A stretch of 64,000 bases of DNA from an uncultured Bacilli bacterium. Lineage in GTDB: Bacteria; Bacillota_I; Bacilli_A; RF39; UBA660. A program made the translations under genes and the position numbers. The stretch covers positions 249,034 to 313,033 of the forward strand of contig CAKPNA010000001.1 in the NCBI GenBank assembly GCA_934168275.1, read 5' to 3'. The notes under the pieces are model-generated. The model had not been told where the DNA came from. It made no database searches and was given only the letters and a program-made list of their open reading frames with translations. Numbering within the stretch: the stretch's first letter is position 1; each line of letters starts with the position of its first letter. This document shows, piece by piece, positions 19,998 to 31,413 of this stretch.

Positions 19998-21222
19998 TTG
20001 GTCTTACTTTCTTAGCTAAAGAAATAATATCATCTCTTGTTATCTTTTCAATATTTCTTATTCTTACATCAGCATCCTCTGAATTAACTAACACTTTTGC
20101 CAAATAATTATTAATAATACCTACTGGATAATCAAAACTTGTAGTTATACCACTAATAATGGCTTTTTTAGAAGCCTCTAGTAATTCATCATTAAACTTC
20201 CCTTTACTAATATCTACTAAACTCTTTCTTACAAGTTTTAAAACAGCTTCATCATTACCTGGTTCAACTCCAGCATAGATAAATAATATATTATCATAAG
20301 CCTTATGTGAAGAATTAACATAATAAGCATAAGAATTCTTACCTCTTACTGTATCAAACAATATTGAATTAGAAGAACCGCCTAACATCTCATTATAAAC
20401 AAGTAAAACATACTTTCTCTCAAAATCAGTTAACCCATTTAATGAACATAACATAGTAAATTGACTCTGATTAGCATCCTCTATATCTTTGTATTTCTTT
20501 ATTCTTTTAGCCGGCTCTAACTCTTTAACTAAAATATCTACTCTCTTAGGATGAAACATATAAGCCTTAAAATTATCTTTAAAAATATTCTTTATTTTAT
20601 CACCATCTACATCTCCTACTACAAAAATATCAATAATACTATTATTAATAATATCTTTATAATAAGTATATAAATTCTCACTATCTATCTCATCAAGTTC
20701 TTCAATATATCCATAAGGATTATATGAATAAGGTTTATCAGGATACTTAGAAAATAAATTAAATAAAGCATACTTTAACTTATTATCTTTTATACTATGA
20801 ATATTCTTAGCCAACTTATTCTTACTCTTTTTTAAATCTTCATCATTAAACTTACCATTCTTAACATTAGGATTAAAAATAACATCTAATAAAAACTTTA
20901 TTGATTCTTCATTCATCTTATTTTCTGTATATATCTCATTTAAAAACCTTGTTCTAAAAGATAAAACATTATCATTACCTATTCTAATATTAGATGAAGA
21001 TAACTTTAAATCATAAAGATTCTCTGTTTCTTTAACTAACTCTATTTCAGATGGATAATTATATGAAGAAGAAAGCAACATATCTTTTAATATATTAGTC
21101 TTTGTAATATTTTTAGCATCTACACTATATCTAAAATCCACTTCAACAGTAATTGTCTTAAACTTATTAGTATTAATAATATGTAAGTTATATGCATTCA
21201 TATCATAATTTGTATATTTCAT
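19957..21222 (-). CDS. M16-family peptidase-like protein (probable non-catalytic partner)
   Basis: 421 aa. It is adjacent to and overlaps the active M16 gene, lacks HxxEH, and has YmfH/AlbE-like architecture. Confidence 0.6.
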   Translation of the reverse strand: MKYTNYDMNAYNLHIINTNKFKTITVEVDFRYSVDAKNITKTNILKDMLLSSSYNYPSEIELVKETENLYDLKLSSSNIRIGNDNVLSFRTRFLNEIYTENKMNEESIKFLLDVIFNPNVKNGKFNDEDLKKSKNKLAKNIHSIKDNKLKYALFNLFSKYPDKPYSYNPYGYIEELDEIDSENLYTYYKDIINNSIIDIFVVGDVDGDKIKNIFKDNFKAYMFHPKRVDILVKELEPAKRIKKYKDIEDANQSQFTMLCSLNGLTDFERKYVLLVYNEMLGGSSNSILFDTVRGKNSYAYYVNSSHKAYDNILFIYAGVEPGNDEAVLKLVRKSLVDISKGKFNDELLEASKKAIISGITTSFDYPVGIINNYLAKVLVNSEDADVRIRNIEKITRDDIISLAKKVRPNAVYVLEGQHEGD

Positions 21223-21254
21223 ATCTTCCTCCTAGTTATTATTGTGGCTATTTT

Positions 21255-21974
21255 TTATAATTTTAAACAACTTTCTAAGGATAAGATAATCATATCATTA
21301 AGATTCTTCTCTCTTTCTTCACTATTCATCTTATCAGTAAAGCAAAAAGAATCAGATACTGTAAGAAGTGCTGCTACATTCTTACCTAATACTCTAGCAT
21401 TATTAAATAAACTAAAAGTCTCCATCTCAACACCTAAAACATTATGTTCTTTAACTTTTTGTTTATAATCATTATTCCTCTCATAAAAAACATCAGATGA
21501 ATATATTCTACCCTCAACTAATTTCATATTAATATCATAACTAGTCTTAGTAATAACATCATTTAAATAATTAGAAGAAGCAATAACACTATCTTTATAA
21601 TCATCTAAAATACGTCCATACATTGAATCACTATAAGATTCTTTAACTAAAATAACATCGCCTAACTTTAAATCAGGATTATAAGCTCCACAAGAACCTA
21701 TTCTAATAATATAATCTACATCATACTCATTTAATAATTCATAAGAATATATTCCCATACTTGGATTACCCATTCCTGATGGAAATACAGTTACTCTTTT
21801 ATTTTTATAATAACCAGTATATGCTGTCATTCCTCTAACACTATTAACTAACTTAACATCAGTTAAAAACTTATCTGCTATATATTGTGCCCTTTTAGGA
21901 TCCCCTGGCATTAAAACAATATTAGCTATATCTTCTTTCTTACTTTCAATATGCACTGTTGCCATATTTATCAC
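21255..21974 (-). CDS. deoD: Purine nucleoside phosphorylase, DeoD-type
   Basis: 239 aa with the classic DeoD N-terminus (ATVHIESKKEDIANIVLMPGDPKRAQYIADKFL...TVFPSGMGNPSMGIYSYEL). Confidence 0.9.
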   Translation of the reverse strand: MINMATVHIESKKEDIANIVLMPGDPKRAQYIADKFLTDVKLVNSVRGMTAYTGYYKNKRVTVFPSGMGNPSMGIYSYELLNEYDVDYIIRIGSCGAYNPDLKLGDVILVKESYSDSMYGRILDDYKDSVIASSNYLNDVITKTSYDINMKLVEGRIYSSDVFYERNNDYKQKVKEHNVLGVEMETFSLFNNARVLGKNVAALLTVSDSFCFTDKMNSEEREKNLNDMIILSLESCLKL

Positions 21975-22041
21975 TACCTTTCATTAAAATTATACTATAC
22001 TTTATTATTAAAATAAAGAAAAAGAAGCATAGTATACACTA

Positions 22042-24267
22042 TTACTCCTCATTATTATTCTCTAGTTTAACTAATACTTCACGAGGTTTTGAACCATTTT
22101 GTGGTCCTATTATTCCTCTTTCCTCTAATAAATCAATAATTCTAGCTGCTCTATTATATCCTAAACGATATTTCCTTTGAATTAATGAAGCACTAATCTT
22201 ACCTGTTCTAACAGCAAAATCAACTATTTCATTATATAATGGATCATCATATTCATCACTAGATTCATAGTTATCATCTCCTGCTGACCCACTACTAGAT
22301 GAACCACCACGATCAATAGTTAATGATTCATCATAAATAGCCTTCTGTTGACTAATAGTATAATCAACTATTGCTTGTATTTCTTCATCAGAAACATAAG
22401 CACCTTGAATACGTGTTGGACTATTTGCTCCCATTGGTAAGAATAACATATCACCTTTACCTAAAAGTTTTTCTGCACCACCAGCATCTAGTATTGTACG
22501 AGAATCAATTTGTGATGAAACAGCAAAAGATATACGAGATGGAATATTAGCCTTAACAACACCAGTAATTACATCAATTGAAGGTCTTTGTGTTGCAACA
22601 ATTAAATGAATACCTGCTGCACGAGCCATTTGTGTAATTCTCATAATAGAGTCTTCAACCTCTTTAGCAGCTACTAACATCAAATCAGCTAATTCATCAA
22701 TAATAACAACTATATATGGTAATTTCTGATACTCAGGATTCTTTTCACAAAATTCATTATATGAAGTTATATTTTTATTCTTAGTAGCTTCAAACAAATC
22801 ATATCTTCTTTCCATTTCTACAACAATATTCTTTAAAGCAATTGAAGCCTTTTTAGCATCCGTTACAACCGGTGTAAGTAGATGTGGTACTCCATTATAC
22901 ATTGAAAATTCAACCTTTTTAGGATCCACTAACACTAACTTTAACTCACTAGGTTTAGTACGCATAAGCATTGAAGCAATAATACAGTTTATACATACTG
23001 ATTTACCACTACCAGTTGAACCTGCTACTAACATATGTGGTGTTGTATTAATTTCACAATATCTAACCTTACCCATAATATCTTTACCAAGCCCTACTGA
23101 AAGTAATGTCTTATCAGTAATTGGTGGCATATTAGAAAATACTTCTCTAAAACTAACCGGAGCATTAACCTTATTAGGAAGTTCTATACCAATAGTATTC
23201 TTCCCTGGAATAGGTGCTTGAATTCTAACATCCTTAGCTGCTAAAGCAAGTGCAATTTCTCTTTGAATAGATAATAACTTACTAACCTTTGTCCCAGCTT
23301 TTAACTCTAATTCATATTGAGTAACTGTAGGGCCAATATTAACCTGCACTATCTTGCCTGATATATCAAAAACCTTCAGTATTTCTTCTAACTTACTAAT
23401 ACAATTTTTAGCATTCACTTCATTTTCTTTACTACTAACATTCTTACTTGCTTTAAGCAAAGAAATAGGAGGTAATTTATAATCAGTATTAATTGGTACT
23501 TCCATCTCATTACTAGGAGGTAATACTACATCATCATTCTTAACAATAGGTACTTCCTTATTACTATTACTACTAACTTCACTATCTTTAACCTTTGTAA
23601 GTTCATCCACTGAAGATATAACTATTCTCTTATCTTCCTTAACCTCATCAGGTTCATTCTTAACACTATCCCCACTAGATATTGGAACTTCACTCTTCTT
23701 CTCTTTCTTCTTATTAAGCTTAATCTTAGATAATAACTTAGCAATTGAAGTATTAAAGAATAATACTACCCCAATAATTACCATTGTAACTAAAACAATA
23801 TATACTCCATCTTTAAAAGATATATAAAATAAATAACCAAATAGTGCTCCTATCATACCACCACCACAATTATCTATCATATCCGTATTCTTAAATGTCT
23901 TCATAATATTATCTAATGTTTCAGTAATAATTGCTTGTCCTTGTAATTCATTAACATACTTCATATGTAAAAGTACCAATAAAGCAATAACTAATACATA
24001 TAACCCTATCATCCTACTATTTATTAAATCAGGAATCTTTCTCTTTAAAATAAGATAAATCCCAATTCCTAATAAAAATACTAAAAATAAAGGATAAATA
24101 ACCCCCACTAAAAAAACAGCAAATGATCTAATAAAATTCCCAGCTGGACCATATCCCCCAATTCCAATTATCGAAAACAAAATAAGTAATACTCCTACTA
24201 CCTCATTACTATATTCAAATTTAGCACCATCTTTTTGTTTCTTTTGTTTCTTTTTTGCCATAATCAT
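22042..24267 (-). CDS. ftsK: DNA translocase FtsK/SpoIIIE
   Basis: 741 aa with N-terminal TM segments, a variable linker and a motor domain carrying Walker A (VAGSTGSGKSVCIN). A C-terminal gamma/winged-helix domain is present. Confidence 0.9.
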   Translation of the reverse strand: MIMAKKKQKKQKDGAKFEYSNEVVGVLLILFSIIGIGGYGPAGNFIRSFAVFLVGVIYPLFLVFLLGIGIYLILKRKIPDLINSRMIGLYVLVIALLVLLHMKYVNELQGQAIITETLDNIMKTFKNTDMIDNCGGGMIGALFGYLFYISFKDGVYIVLVTMVIIGVVLFFNTSIAKLLSKIKLNKKKEKKSEVPISSGDSVKNEPDEVKEDKRIVISSVDELTKVKDSEVSSNSNKEVPIVKNDDVVLPPSNEMEVPINTDYKLPPISLLKASKNVSSKENEVNAKNCISKLEEILKVFDISGKIVQVNIGPTVTQYELELKAGTKVSKLLSIQREIALALAAKDVRIQAPIPGKNTIGIELPNKVNAPVSFREVFSNMPPITDKTLLSVGLGKDIMGKVRYCEINTTPHMLVAGSTGSGKSVCINCIIASMLMRTKPSELKLVLVDPKKVEFSMYNGVPHLLTPVVTDAKKASIALKNIVVEMERRYDLFEATKNKNITSYNEFCEKNPEYQKLPYIVVIIDELADLMLVAAKEVEDSIMRITQMARAAGIHLIVATQRPSIDVITGVVKANIPSRISFAVSSQIDSRTILDAGGAEKLLGKGDMLFLPMGANSPTRIQGAYVSDEEIQAIVDYTISQQKAIYDESLTIDRGGSSSSGSAGDDNYESSDEYDDPLYNEIVDFAVRTGKISASLIQRKYRLGYNRAARIIDLLEERGIIGPQNGSKPREVLVKLENNNEE

Positions 24268-24316
24268 TCACTTCCTACCATAAAAATTATATCAAATTAC
24301 TAATTAAAAGTAAATA

Positions 24317-25264
24317 TTACCCCTTATTATAATTAGCAATATTCTTATTAATTATAAATAACTCTATCCCTAATCCTTTATCTGTCTTCCCTGTCTTAAT
24401 ACCACTATCAAGATCAAATAAATAAGATAAATAATTAGCTAACTCTTCTTTAGTATAACTATATATTTTAGGAATAGTCTTCTGTACTCTAAATGGATGA
24501 GCATCTATTTCTTTACTGATTCCATTGGCATCCATTCCTTTATCATATAAAGTCTTTACTTGTAATAAAAATCTAAATTGATTAGCTAGTAGAGTAATAA
24601 TAGATAATTCATCATACCCATTATTAATAAACTTACGATATAAACTAAGAGCTCTATCAGTATTTCCAACAATAACTGCTTCTGAAAGTAAATATATCTC
24701 TTCTTCTATATTATCTATAGTAATCTCATTAACATCATTTCTATTAATTATTTTATCATCACTTTTATATAAAAATATCTTATCTACTTCATTAGTAGCA
24801 TTATCAATATTATTACCAACTCTACTAATAAAATAATCTAAAGTAGCACCATCTATCTTATATCCATTACTCTGTATATAATTCTTTAAATAAGTCTTAA
24901 TATAACCCTTATTATCACTAACATTAATAACTTCTCCAATAGTACTTAACTTCTTATATAATTTCTTTCTACTATCTACCTTATCACCATTAACTACTAA
25001 TACTAAATAATTATCTCTATTATAATTATCTAAATATTTAAGTAAATCACTATCATCTATTTGAAAACTAAAATTATCACATACTATTAGTTTATTCTTT
25101 TCAAACATTCCTACCATCGATAAATCATCTATAACATCTCTTAAAAGAAAATCATCAAGATTATATCTTATCTCTTCTTTAATACCTAACTTATCTTTTA
25201 TATCATTAATATATTTATTAGTAATACCTAAATCATTACCATATATTAAATAAAAATTCTTCAT
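24317..25264 (-). CDS. holA: DNA polymerase III delta subunit
   Basis: 315 aa with the HolA-like N-terminus (FYLIYGNDLGITNKYINDIKDKL) and overall length. Confidence 0.7.
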   Translation of the reverse strand: MKNFYLIYGNDLGITNKYINDIKDKLGIKEEIRYNLDDFLLRDVIDDLSMVGMFEKNKLIVCDNFSFQIDDSDLLKYLDNYNRDNYLVLVVNGDKVDSRKKLYKKLSTIGEVINVSDNKGYIKTYLKNYIQSNGYKIDGATLDYFISRVGNNIDNATNEVDKIFLYKSDDKIINRNDVNEITIDNIEEEIYLLSEAVIVGNTDRALSLYRKFINNGYDELSIITLLANQFRFLLQVKTLYDKGMDANGISKEIDAHPFRVQKTIPKIYSYTKEELANYLSYLFDLDSGIKTGKTDKGLGIELFIINKNIANYNKG

Positions 25265-25271
25265 CCTACCA

Positions 25272-26141
25272 CTACTCTTCTTCTACACACTCATATCCAT
25301 TACTCTTATAGTATCCTACTACTTCATCATAAGATGTCATTAACTCATAATTTTCTATTGATTTACCACTACTAGTATAAGTAAATGTTAATTCACTATC
25401 ATTAAACTTATAATCATCCATCTTATTTTCAGCCCATAAATTAGTATACTTAAAGTTATTATAACCCCTCTTATTATAAAACTGATAACTAACATCATGA
25501 CTTAAATGTCTTAATTCTTTCTTTTGATCAAACTCTAAATATAACTTATCACTATATTTATATTCTTCTGACTCATTACTACTATCTATCGTACAAAGAA
25601 CCTTATCATATTGCTTCAAATACTTATCTTTATTAAAATAAATATATATTGAACCCGCTAAAAGGAAAAGAAAAATAATAAGCATAAAATATAAAAAGCC
25701 TAATGATTCGTTATTTTCTTCTTCACTAGCATCCACTACTTCTTTAGGAATAGTTAATTCATCTAACTTAACTAAAAGATCCTTACCAACATTCTTATCA
25801 TTTTTAGAAATAATTTCTACCTCAGTCATATTACTAATATCAATCGCACTATATTCATTATCATTAACATTATTAATAATTTTATTAACATAATCAAAAA
25901 TAATATTCTCTTTATCTTGTTTAACATCAAAAATAACTATTGTATTACCTTTAATATAAACTGTGCCATAACGTAAAATACCACTCTGATAATCATTATT
26001 ATCAGCATATACTATATAATTATCACTATATTTGACATGAGTAAAACAAGCAAATACTGAAACTCTTTTTTCCTTCTTATTAAAAGAAGCATTTATATCT
26101 TTTACTTTAAGTATCTTCCCTATCACATTTACCCACTCCAA
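25272..26141 (-). CDS. Hypothetical protein with a central TM segment
   Basis: 289 aa containing one hydrophobic segment (LGFLYFMLIIFLFLLAGSIYIYF). No recognisable family. Confidence 0.45.
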   Translation of the reverse strand: MEWVNVIGKILKVKDINASFNKKEKRVSVFACFTHVKYSDNYIVYADNNDYQSGILRYGTVYIKGNTIVIFDVKQDKENIIFDYVNKIINNVNDNEYSAIDISNMTEVEIISKNDKNVGKDLLVKLDELTIPKEVVDASEEENNESLGFLYFMLIIFLFLLAGSIYIYFNKDKYLKQYDKVLCTIDSSNESEEYKYSDKLYLEFDQKKELRHLSHDVSYQFYNKRGYNNFKYTNLWAENKMDDYKFNDSELTFTYTSSGKSIENYELMTSYDEVVGYYKSNGYECVEEE

Positions 26142-26237
26142 TTATATTTCTTCTACTTAATAATATCACAAAAACTAATTATAGACAAGCATATCACTAC
26201 AAAAAAACATGCTCTTTTCTAAGCACATTTTTCTCTA

Positions 26238-27155
26238 TTATTCTTCATATCTAACTTCATTCATATAGTTAAAACCACTTATAAATGAATCATCTGAATA
26301 ATCTCTAACCCTATTAGTCATTACATCATTTATTGGTATTAAAGTATAATCTTTAAGTATTACATACTTATAAGTAAATGTTAAAACATCATCATAATAT
26401 TTAGTTAATAGATTAATCTTTACTGTAGTAGTAATTGTCTTATTTAAATCAGTATCAAAATAACTCATTAATTCATAAAAACCTTTATCAGTCTTCACTA
26501 TTCTCTCATTATATATTCTAATAACTTTTTCTCCTTCATAATTACCACTAACTTTATCAATAGTAGGATACTTATCATTAGAATTATATACTAATCTATA
26601 TATAATATTGTCTTTAACATAAGCATAATTAGACATAAAATCATAATCTATCTTCTTACCAAGATACTCCGTAGAATATTCCCACTTTAAATAATCACTA
26701 AGTTTATAATCAGCATTTAAATACATATCATAACTATCTCTAACTTTATTATCCGTATTATTATCATGCAAGGTATATAAAGTGTCTTTATCATCAAAGA
26801 ATGTTATATCAGCACCCCAACTAGGTCTAATATTCATAACTTTAATATTACTAGGTATATCGTATACTTTCTTATATTCAAAATTACCACTATCTAATAA
26901 ACTAGGATTAAATATATAAATAGTATTATTACTTATAAAAGCATATTTATTAAAACAAGTATCTTCATTTAATATCTCTCCATTAGTAATCTTATTATAA
27001 GTATAATCTTTATCTTTTTTAGTATTCTCCTTAACTTCATCAACTAATGTTTTAGAACTAATAACCCCATTCTTATTTAACATAAATACCAATAAAATAA
27101 TTACCCCAATAACTATAATGCCAATACCTACATATAATAATTTCTTATTTTTCAT
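26238..27155 (-). CDS. Hypothetical N-terminally membrane-anchored extracytoplasmic protein
   Basis: 305 aa with an N-terminal signal-anchor (LLYVGIGIIVIGVIILLVFML) and Y/N/D-rich beta-rich remainder. Confidence 0.45.
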   Translation of the reverse strand: MKNKKLLYVGIGIIVIGVIILLVFMLNKNGVISSKTLVDEVKENTKKDKDYTYNKITNGEILNEDTCFNKYAFISNNTIYIFNPSLLDSGNFEYKKVYDIPSNIKVMNIRPSWGADITFFDDKDTLYTLHDNNTDNKVRDSYDMYLNADYKLSDYLKWEYSTEYLGKKIDYDFMSNYAYVKDNIIYRLVYNSNDKYPTIDKVSGNYEGEKVIRIYNERIVKTDKGFYELMSYFDTDLNKTITTTVKINLLTKYYDDVLTFTYKYVILKDYTLIPINDVMTNRVRDYSDDSFISGFNYMNEVRYEE

Positions 27156-27162
27156 ACCTCAC

Positions 27163-28254
27163 CTATTTTTCGATATAACCACTTGTCTTTTGCGTATACA
27201 TATCATCAGTTACCGTTTTATATCTCTTACCATCATAGTCATCAGTAAACCCATTATAAGCTTTATAAATTTCTCCTGTTTCAGTATCGTATACTCTCTC
27301 ATAGCCAAGTGTTGCATCACTTTGTTTTTGGCTCATAATATCATAAGACTTATTTCTCTTCTCCCATGAATCCATAATACCATCACTTATTTGATTACCT
27401 ATTGCTCTGATTTGCTCAAAATTTTTCATAACAGCATCTTGCTGACCATTGAATCCGTTAATAAAAGTATCACTAAACTCTAAAGAGGAAACAATAGTCC
27501 TTAATGTATCCTGCCAATCAATAAATTCATCTTTTGGCGTAGTAACAAAAATTGCATCATAAACATTTAAATATTGTATATCTATCTGCTTTCCTGAAAT
27601 TATATTCTCATAAACATAATATGTTCCAACATCATAAACATAAGCCGTAAATAATCCTTCACCTTCTTTACCATTCTCATCTTTAAATGATGCTCTTAAA
27701 GTATCTCCACCAAGGCTACCTTTACCTAGATTTTCACTCACAATAAAATCATTCAATACAGGAAATGTAAATGCAGTTGTATTATTTAAAGTACCCAAAT
27801 CATTAAATATTTTATAAAAGCCCTCAGTATCTTTAGTAGCAATTACACTTGTCTTAGCAAACATATTATTTGGATAATATTTTTGTTGCCATGCTTTAGC
27901 TTCTTCGGACTTATTATATCCCTCAGTCTTTAAATTAAAGAAAAATTGATAAAGAGGATTTTCTGGATTATACATCTTAATCGTATAATGAATATAATCT
28001 CCCAATGTATCTACCTTCCAACCTACCGGCTTCTTTATAGAAAAGTTCCCATTATTATAGTCTTCTAATACTACTTCACTAGCACTATTCTTAACAATCT
28101 TAACGCCTGTATTCAAACCAATACCTCCACCATCAATAACTTTAATAATATCACAAGATACCCCTACTAAAACTAATACGCCCACTACTATTAAAGTAAT
28201 AAATAATGGCTTATTGGCTTTTAATTTAACTATTTTCTCTTTTAAATCTTTCAT
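27163..28254 (-). CDS. Hypothetical N-terminally membrane-anchored extracytoplasmic protein
   Basis: 363 aa with an N-terminal signal-anchor (PLFITLIVVGVLVLVGVS). No recognisable family. Confidence 0.45.
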   Translation of the reverse strand: MKDLKEKIVKLKANKPLFITLIVVGVLVLVGVSCDIIKVIDGGGIGLNTGVKIVKNSASEVVLEDYNNGNFSIKKPVGWKVDTLGDYIHYTIKMYNPENPLYQFFFNLKTEGYNKSEEAKAWQQKYYPNNMFAKTSVIATKDTEGFYKIFNDLGTLNNTTAFTFPVLNDFIVSENLGKGSLGGDTLRASFKDENGKEGEGLFTAYVYDVGTYYVYENIISGKQIDIQYLNVYDAIFVTTPKDEFIDWQDTLRTIVSSLEFSDTFINGFNGQQDAVMKNFEQIRAIGNQISDGIMDSWEKRNKSYDIMSQKQSDATLGYERVYDTETGEIYKAYNGFTDDYDGKRYKTVTDDMYTQKTSGYIEK

Positions 28255-28390
28255 ACTCCACTCCTTTTCATTAGCTAATTATAGTATACTCTACCAACTA
28301 ATATATATCAATTAATTTGCCAAATAAAACAATGTTTCTAATGACAAGTTCTATCTAAATATAGTATAATTAAAGTGAGGTGAAAAACAC

Positions 28391-30106
28391 ATGACATTTA
28401 AAGATACATTTAATAAACTATTAAAAGAACTAAATTGTACATCACGAAAACTATCTATAAACTCAGGTATTTCAGAATCAGTAATAAGTAGATATCGTAG
28501 TGGTGAAAGAACTCCAAAAAAAGATAGTATCCAAATTAATAAACTAATAGATACTTTATATAATATCTCACTTGAACAAGAACTAAAATATACTAAAGAA
28601 GATATTAAGAATATACTATTAAGTACTTTCCAAGAAGATAATTCTTTTGATTATGAAACATTAAGTAAAAACTTAAATAACTTAATTATCACTCTTAACA
28701 TAAATATAAATGATTTATCTAAATATATAGTCTTTGATTCATCACATATATCAAGAATTAGATATGGTAAAACTAAACCATCTGATCCTATCTCGTTTTC
28801 TAATAAAATAGCTAACTATATTGTATTAAAATATAATGACTCCGATAACATAAAAAGACTATCCTTATTAATAAATAATAATATTACTAGTAATACTCTA
28901 TTTGACCAAATATTTACTTATCTAACAAGTAATAATAATTCTAATAATACTGAAGATAATCACATTAATGACTTCTTAAATAACTTAAATAATTTTGATT
29001 TAAATGACTATATAAAAGCCATAAAATTTGATCAATTAAAAGTACCCACTATCCCATTTTATAAAGCTAAAACTAAGAATTATTATGGTTTAGAAGAAAT
29101 GAAACAAGCTGAAATTGATTTCTTAAAAGCTACAGTTCTATCTAAATCGAAAGAAGATATCTTTATGTGCTCTGACATGCCTATGGAAGATATGGCAAAA
29201 GATATTGAATTTGGTAAAAAATGGATGTTTGGTATTGCCATGTGTCTAAAAAAAGGTCTTCACTTAAATATCATTCATAATCTTGATCGCCCATTTAATG
29301 AAATGATGCTAGGACTTGAAAGTTGGATTCCTATATATATGACTGGTCAAGTATCACCATATTACTTTAAAGATCCTAAAAATAATATCTATGGTCACTT
29401 AAATTATACTTCAGGTAATTATGCTTTATACGGTGAATGTATCAAAGGTTATCATGATAAAGGAAAATATTATCTTACAGGTAATTCTAAAGAAATAGAA
29501 TACTATAAAAATAAAACTAACTATTTACTTAAAAAAGCTACTCCCTTAATGGAAATATATACTAAAAAAGATAAAGACTTATATCAAACTTTCTTACTAA
29601 ATGATAGTAAAATAAAAAATAATCATCAAAGAACTCTAAATACCCTACCATTGTTTACTATTAATGATAAACTACTAGATAAAATATTAAAAAGAAATAA
29701 AATAAGTAAAGAAGATATTATTAAAATAAAAAAATATAAACAAGACGAAGAAAACTATCTTAATAATATTCTAAAGAATAATATAATTACTGATACAATC
29801 TATAACTATGAAAATGAATTTACTAATAACTTATCTCTATCTCTTGAAAATATCTTTTATAATCAAAAAATAACCTATACTTATCATGAATATCTTGAAC
29901 ACTTAAAAGATACCATAAACTATAGTAATAAAAACTATCACTTAATTATCAATAATGACCAAACATTTAAAAACATCTCTATTAATATTGTTGATAATAA
30001 TTATGTAATTATCTCCAAAAGTATCAATCCCACTATTCACTTTGTAATAAGACATCCTAAATTAAAAAGTGCTATTGAAAACTTTAAACCAATAGTAAAA
30101 GAATAA
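28391..30106 (+). CDS. XRE-family HTH regulator with large (~500 aa) uncharacterised C-terminal domain
   Basis: 571 aa with an N-terminal HTH_3-like segment (LLKELNCTSRKLSINSGISESVISRYRSGERTPKKDS). It is divergent from the three membrane-anchored proteins. Confidence 0.55.
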   Translation: MTFKDTFNKLLKELNCTSRKLSINSGISESVISRYRSGERTPKKDSIQINKLIDTLYNISLEQELKYTKEDIKNILLSTFQEDNSFDYETLSKNLNNLIITLNININDLSKYIVFDSSHISRIRYGKTKPSDPISFSNKIANYIVLKYNDSDNIKRLSLLINNNITSNTLFDQIFTYLTSNNNSNNTEDNHINDFLNNLNNFDLNDYIKAIKFDQLKVPTIPFYKAKTKNYYGLEEMKQAEIDFLKATVLSKSKEDIFMCSDMPMEDMAKDIEFGKKWMFGIAMCLKKGLHLNIIHNLDRPFNEMMLGLESWIPIYMTGQVSPYYFKDPKNNIYGHLNYTSGNYALYGECIKGYHDKGKYYLTGNSKEIEYYKNKTNYLLKKATPLMEIYTKKDKDLYQTFLLNDSKIKNNHQRTLNTLPLFTINDKLLDKILKRNKISKEDIIKIKKYKQDEENYLNNILKNNIITDTIYNYENEFTNNLSLSLENIFYNQKITYTYHEYLEHLKDTINYSNKNYHLIINNDQTFKNISINIVDNNYVIISKSINPTIHFVIRHPKLKSAIENFKPIVKE

Positions 30107-30118
30107 GAACCCAGTTCT

Positions 30119-31327
30119 CTATGAAAGAATCGCGTTCTTTTTATATTTTCTTATAACATTACCATTTTTATCAATTCGATAATTTAAATAGAACATCACA
30201 TTAACCGTTATAAATTGATATACTGATGAACATACTTGTCCTAACCCCGTACAAAATGGGGAATCAATTAATGACATACCAATTCTTAATATTAATGCTA
30301 TAACTTTATTAGAAGTTGTCTTCAAAGCTGAATACTCTAACTGTAAATAACAAATCTTTAATCTATACATTGGATACAATAAGAAATTAATTATCTCAAA
30401 ACTAAAATATATTATAGTAATCCTTATATCCAAATCATAAAACCAATATAATATTCCAAACATAACTAAACTAGTACTAAATAATATCGATAATAACTTA
30501 TAAGCATTATTTATATGTTCATTATAATTAAACTCATTCTTACTTATATCTATATTAGCCGCTACTACCATAGCATCTGCTGTATCCCATTGTGTATCTG
30601 TTATCAAAGCCACAAATGTTATTGCTAAAGCATATACTTCTCCATACTCTAAAGTATTAGATAACCCAAATAAAAATATTATTAAATAAGCAAAATTATT
30701 AAATAGTTCCGCCGAATCATACCTTATCCACTTAAATAAATTAACTGTAAACTTAAACTTACTACTATTATCAATATAAATATACAAAGTAAATAGTGCT
30801 AAAGGCATTAAAGTAGCTATAACTATAATAACCTGATTCTTAGTAATTAACGAAGTACCTATTAACAATATAAAGTTTAATAAATTAAATATTAAAGAAT
30901 TCTTATTAGCTATCTTATTCTTACCTTCATAATATAACTTATTCTGTATCATAGAAAACTCTAAAGTAATAAATAATTGTATTATAGAATATATTGTAAA
31001 AGTCCTATATATACCTACATCCATATTCATAAACTTAATATAATTATTTACGTTAAATAAAATAATTGTAAATATAATAATCGCTATAAGAGTACCTACT
31101 ACTAACCCTGACATAACAGTATCTTCATTATTATCTTTCTCTTTACTTATACTAGCACCCGTTGAAAATATAGATCTAATAATATAGTATATATACTGTA
31201 ATGGATATGTTAATGTAAATATATTAATTAAATTTTCATCCACTATTATCCCTAATAAAAACCATGATATTATTGGTATAAAAGATAATAATGATAAATC
31301 AAAACTTATTCTTAACAGTCTCTTCAT
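30119..31327 (-). CDS. Polytopic integral membrane protein, unknown function
   Basis: 402 aa with at least 10 predicted TM segments. No recognisable motif. Confidence 0.5.
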   Translation of the reverse strand: MKRLLRISFDLSLLSFIPIISWFLLGIIVDENLINIFTLTYPLQYIYYIIRSIFSTGASISKEKDNNEDTVMSGLVVGTLIAIIIFTIILFNVNNYIKFMNMDVGIYRTFTIYSIIQLFITLEFSMIQNKLYYEGKNKIANKNSLIFNLLNFILLIGTSLITKNQVIIVIATLMPLALFTLYIYIDNSSKFKFTVNLFKWIRYDSAELFNNFAYLIIFLFGLSNTLEYGEVYALAITFVALITDTQWDTADAMVVAANIDISKNEFNYNEHINNAYKLLSILFSTSLVMFGILYWFYDLDIRITIIYFSFEIINFLLYPMYRLKICYLQLEYSALKTTSNKVIALILRIGMSLIDSPFCTGLGQVCSSVYQFITVNVMFYLNYRIDKNGNVIRKYKKNAILS

Positions 31328-31413
31328 ACTTACACAACTCCTACTATAATATAATTATAACATAGACATCTTGTTTGATAAAGAAAAAGAAGATATATTT
31401 ACCCTCTACAAAA

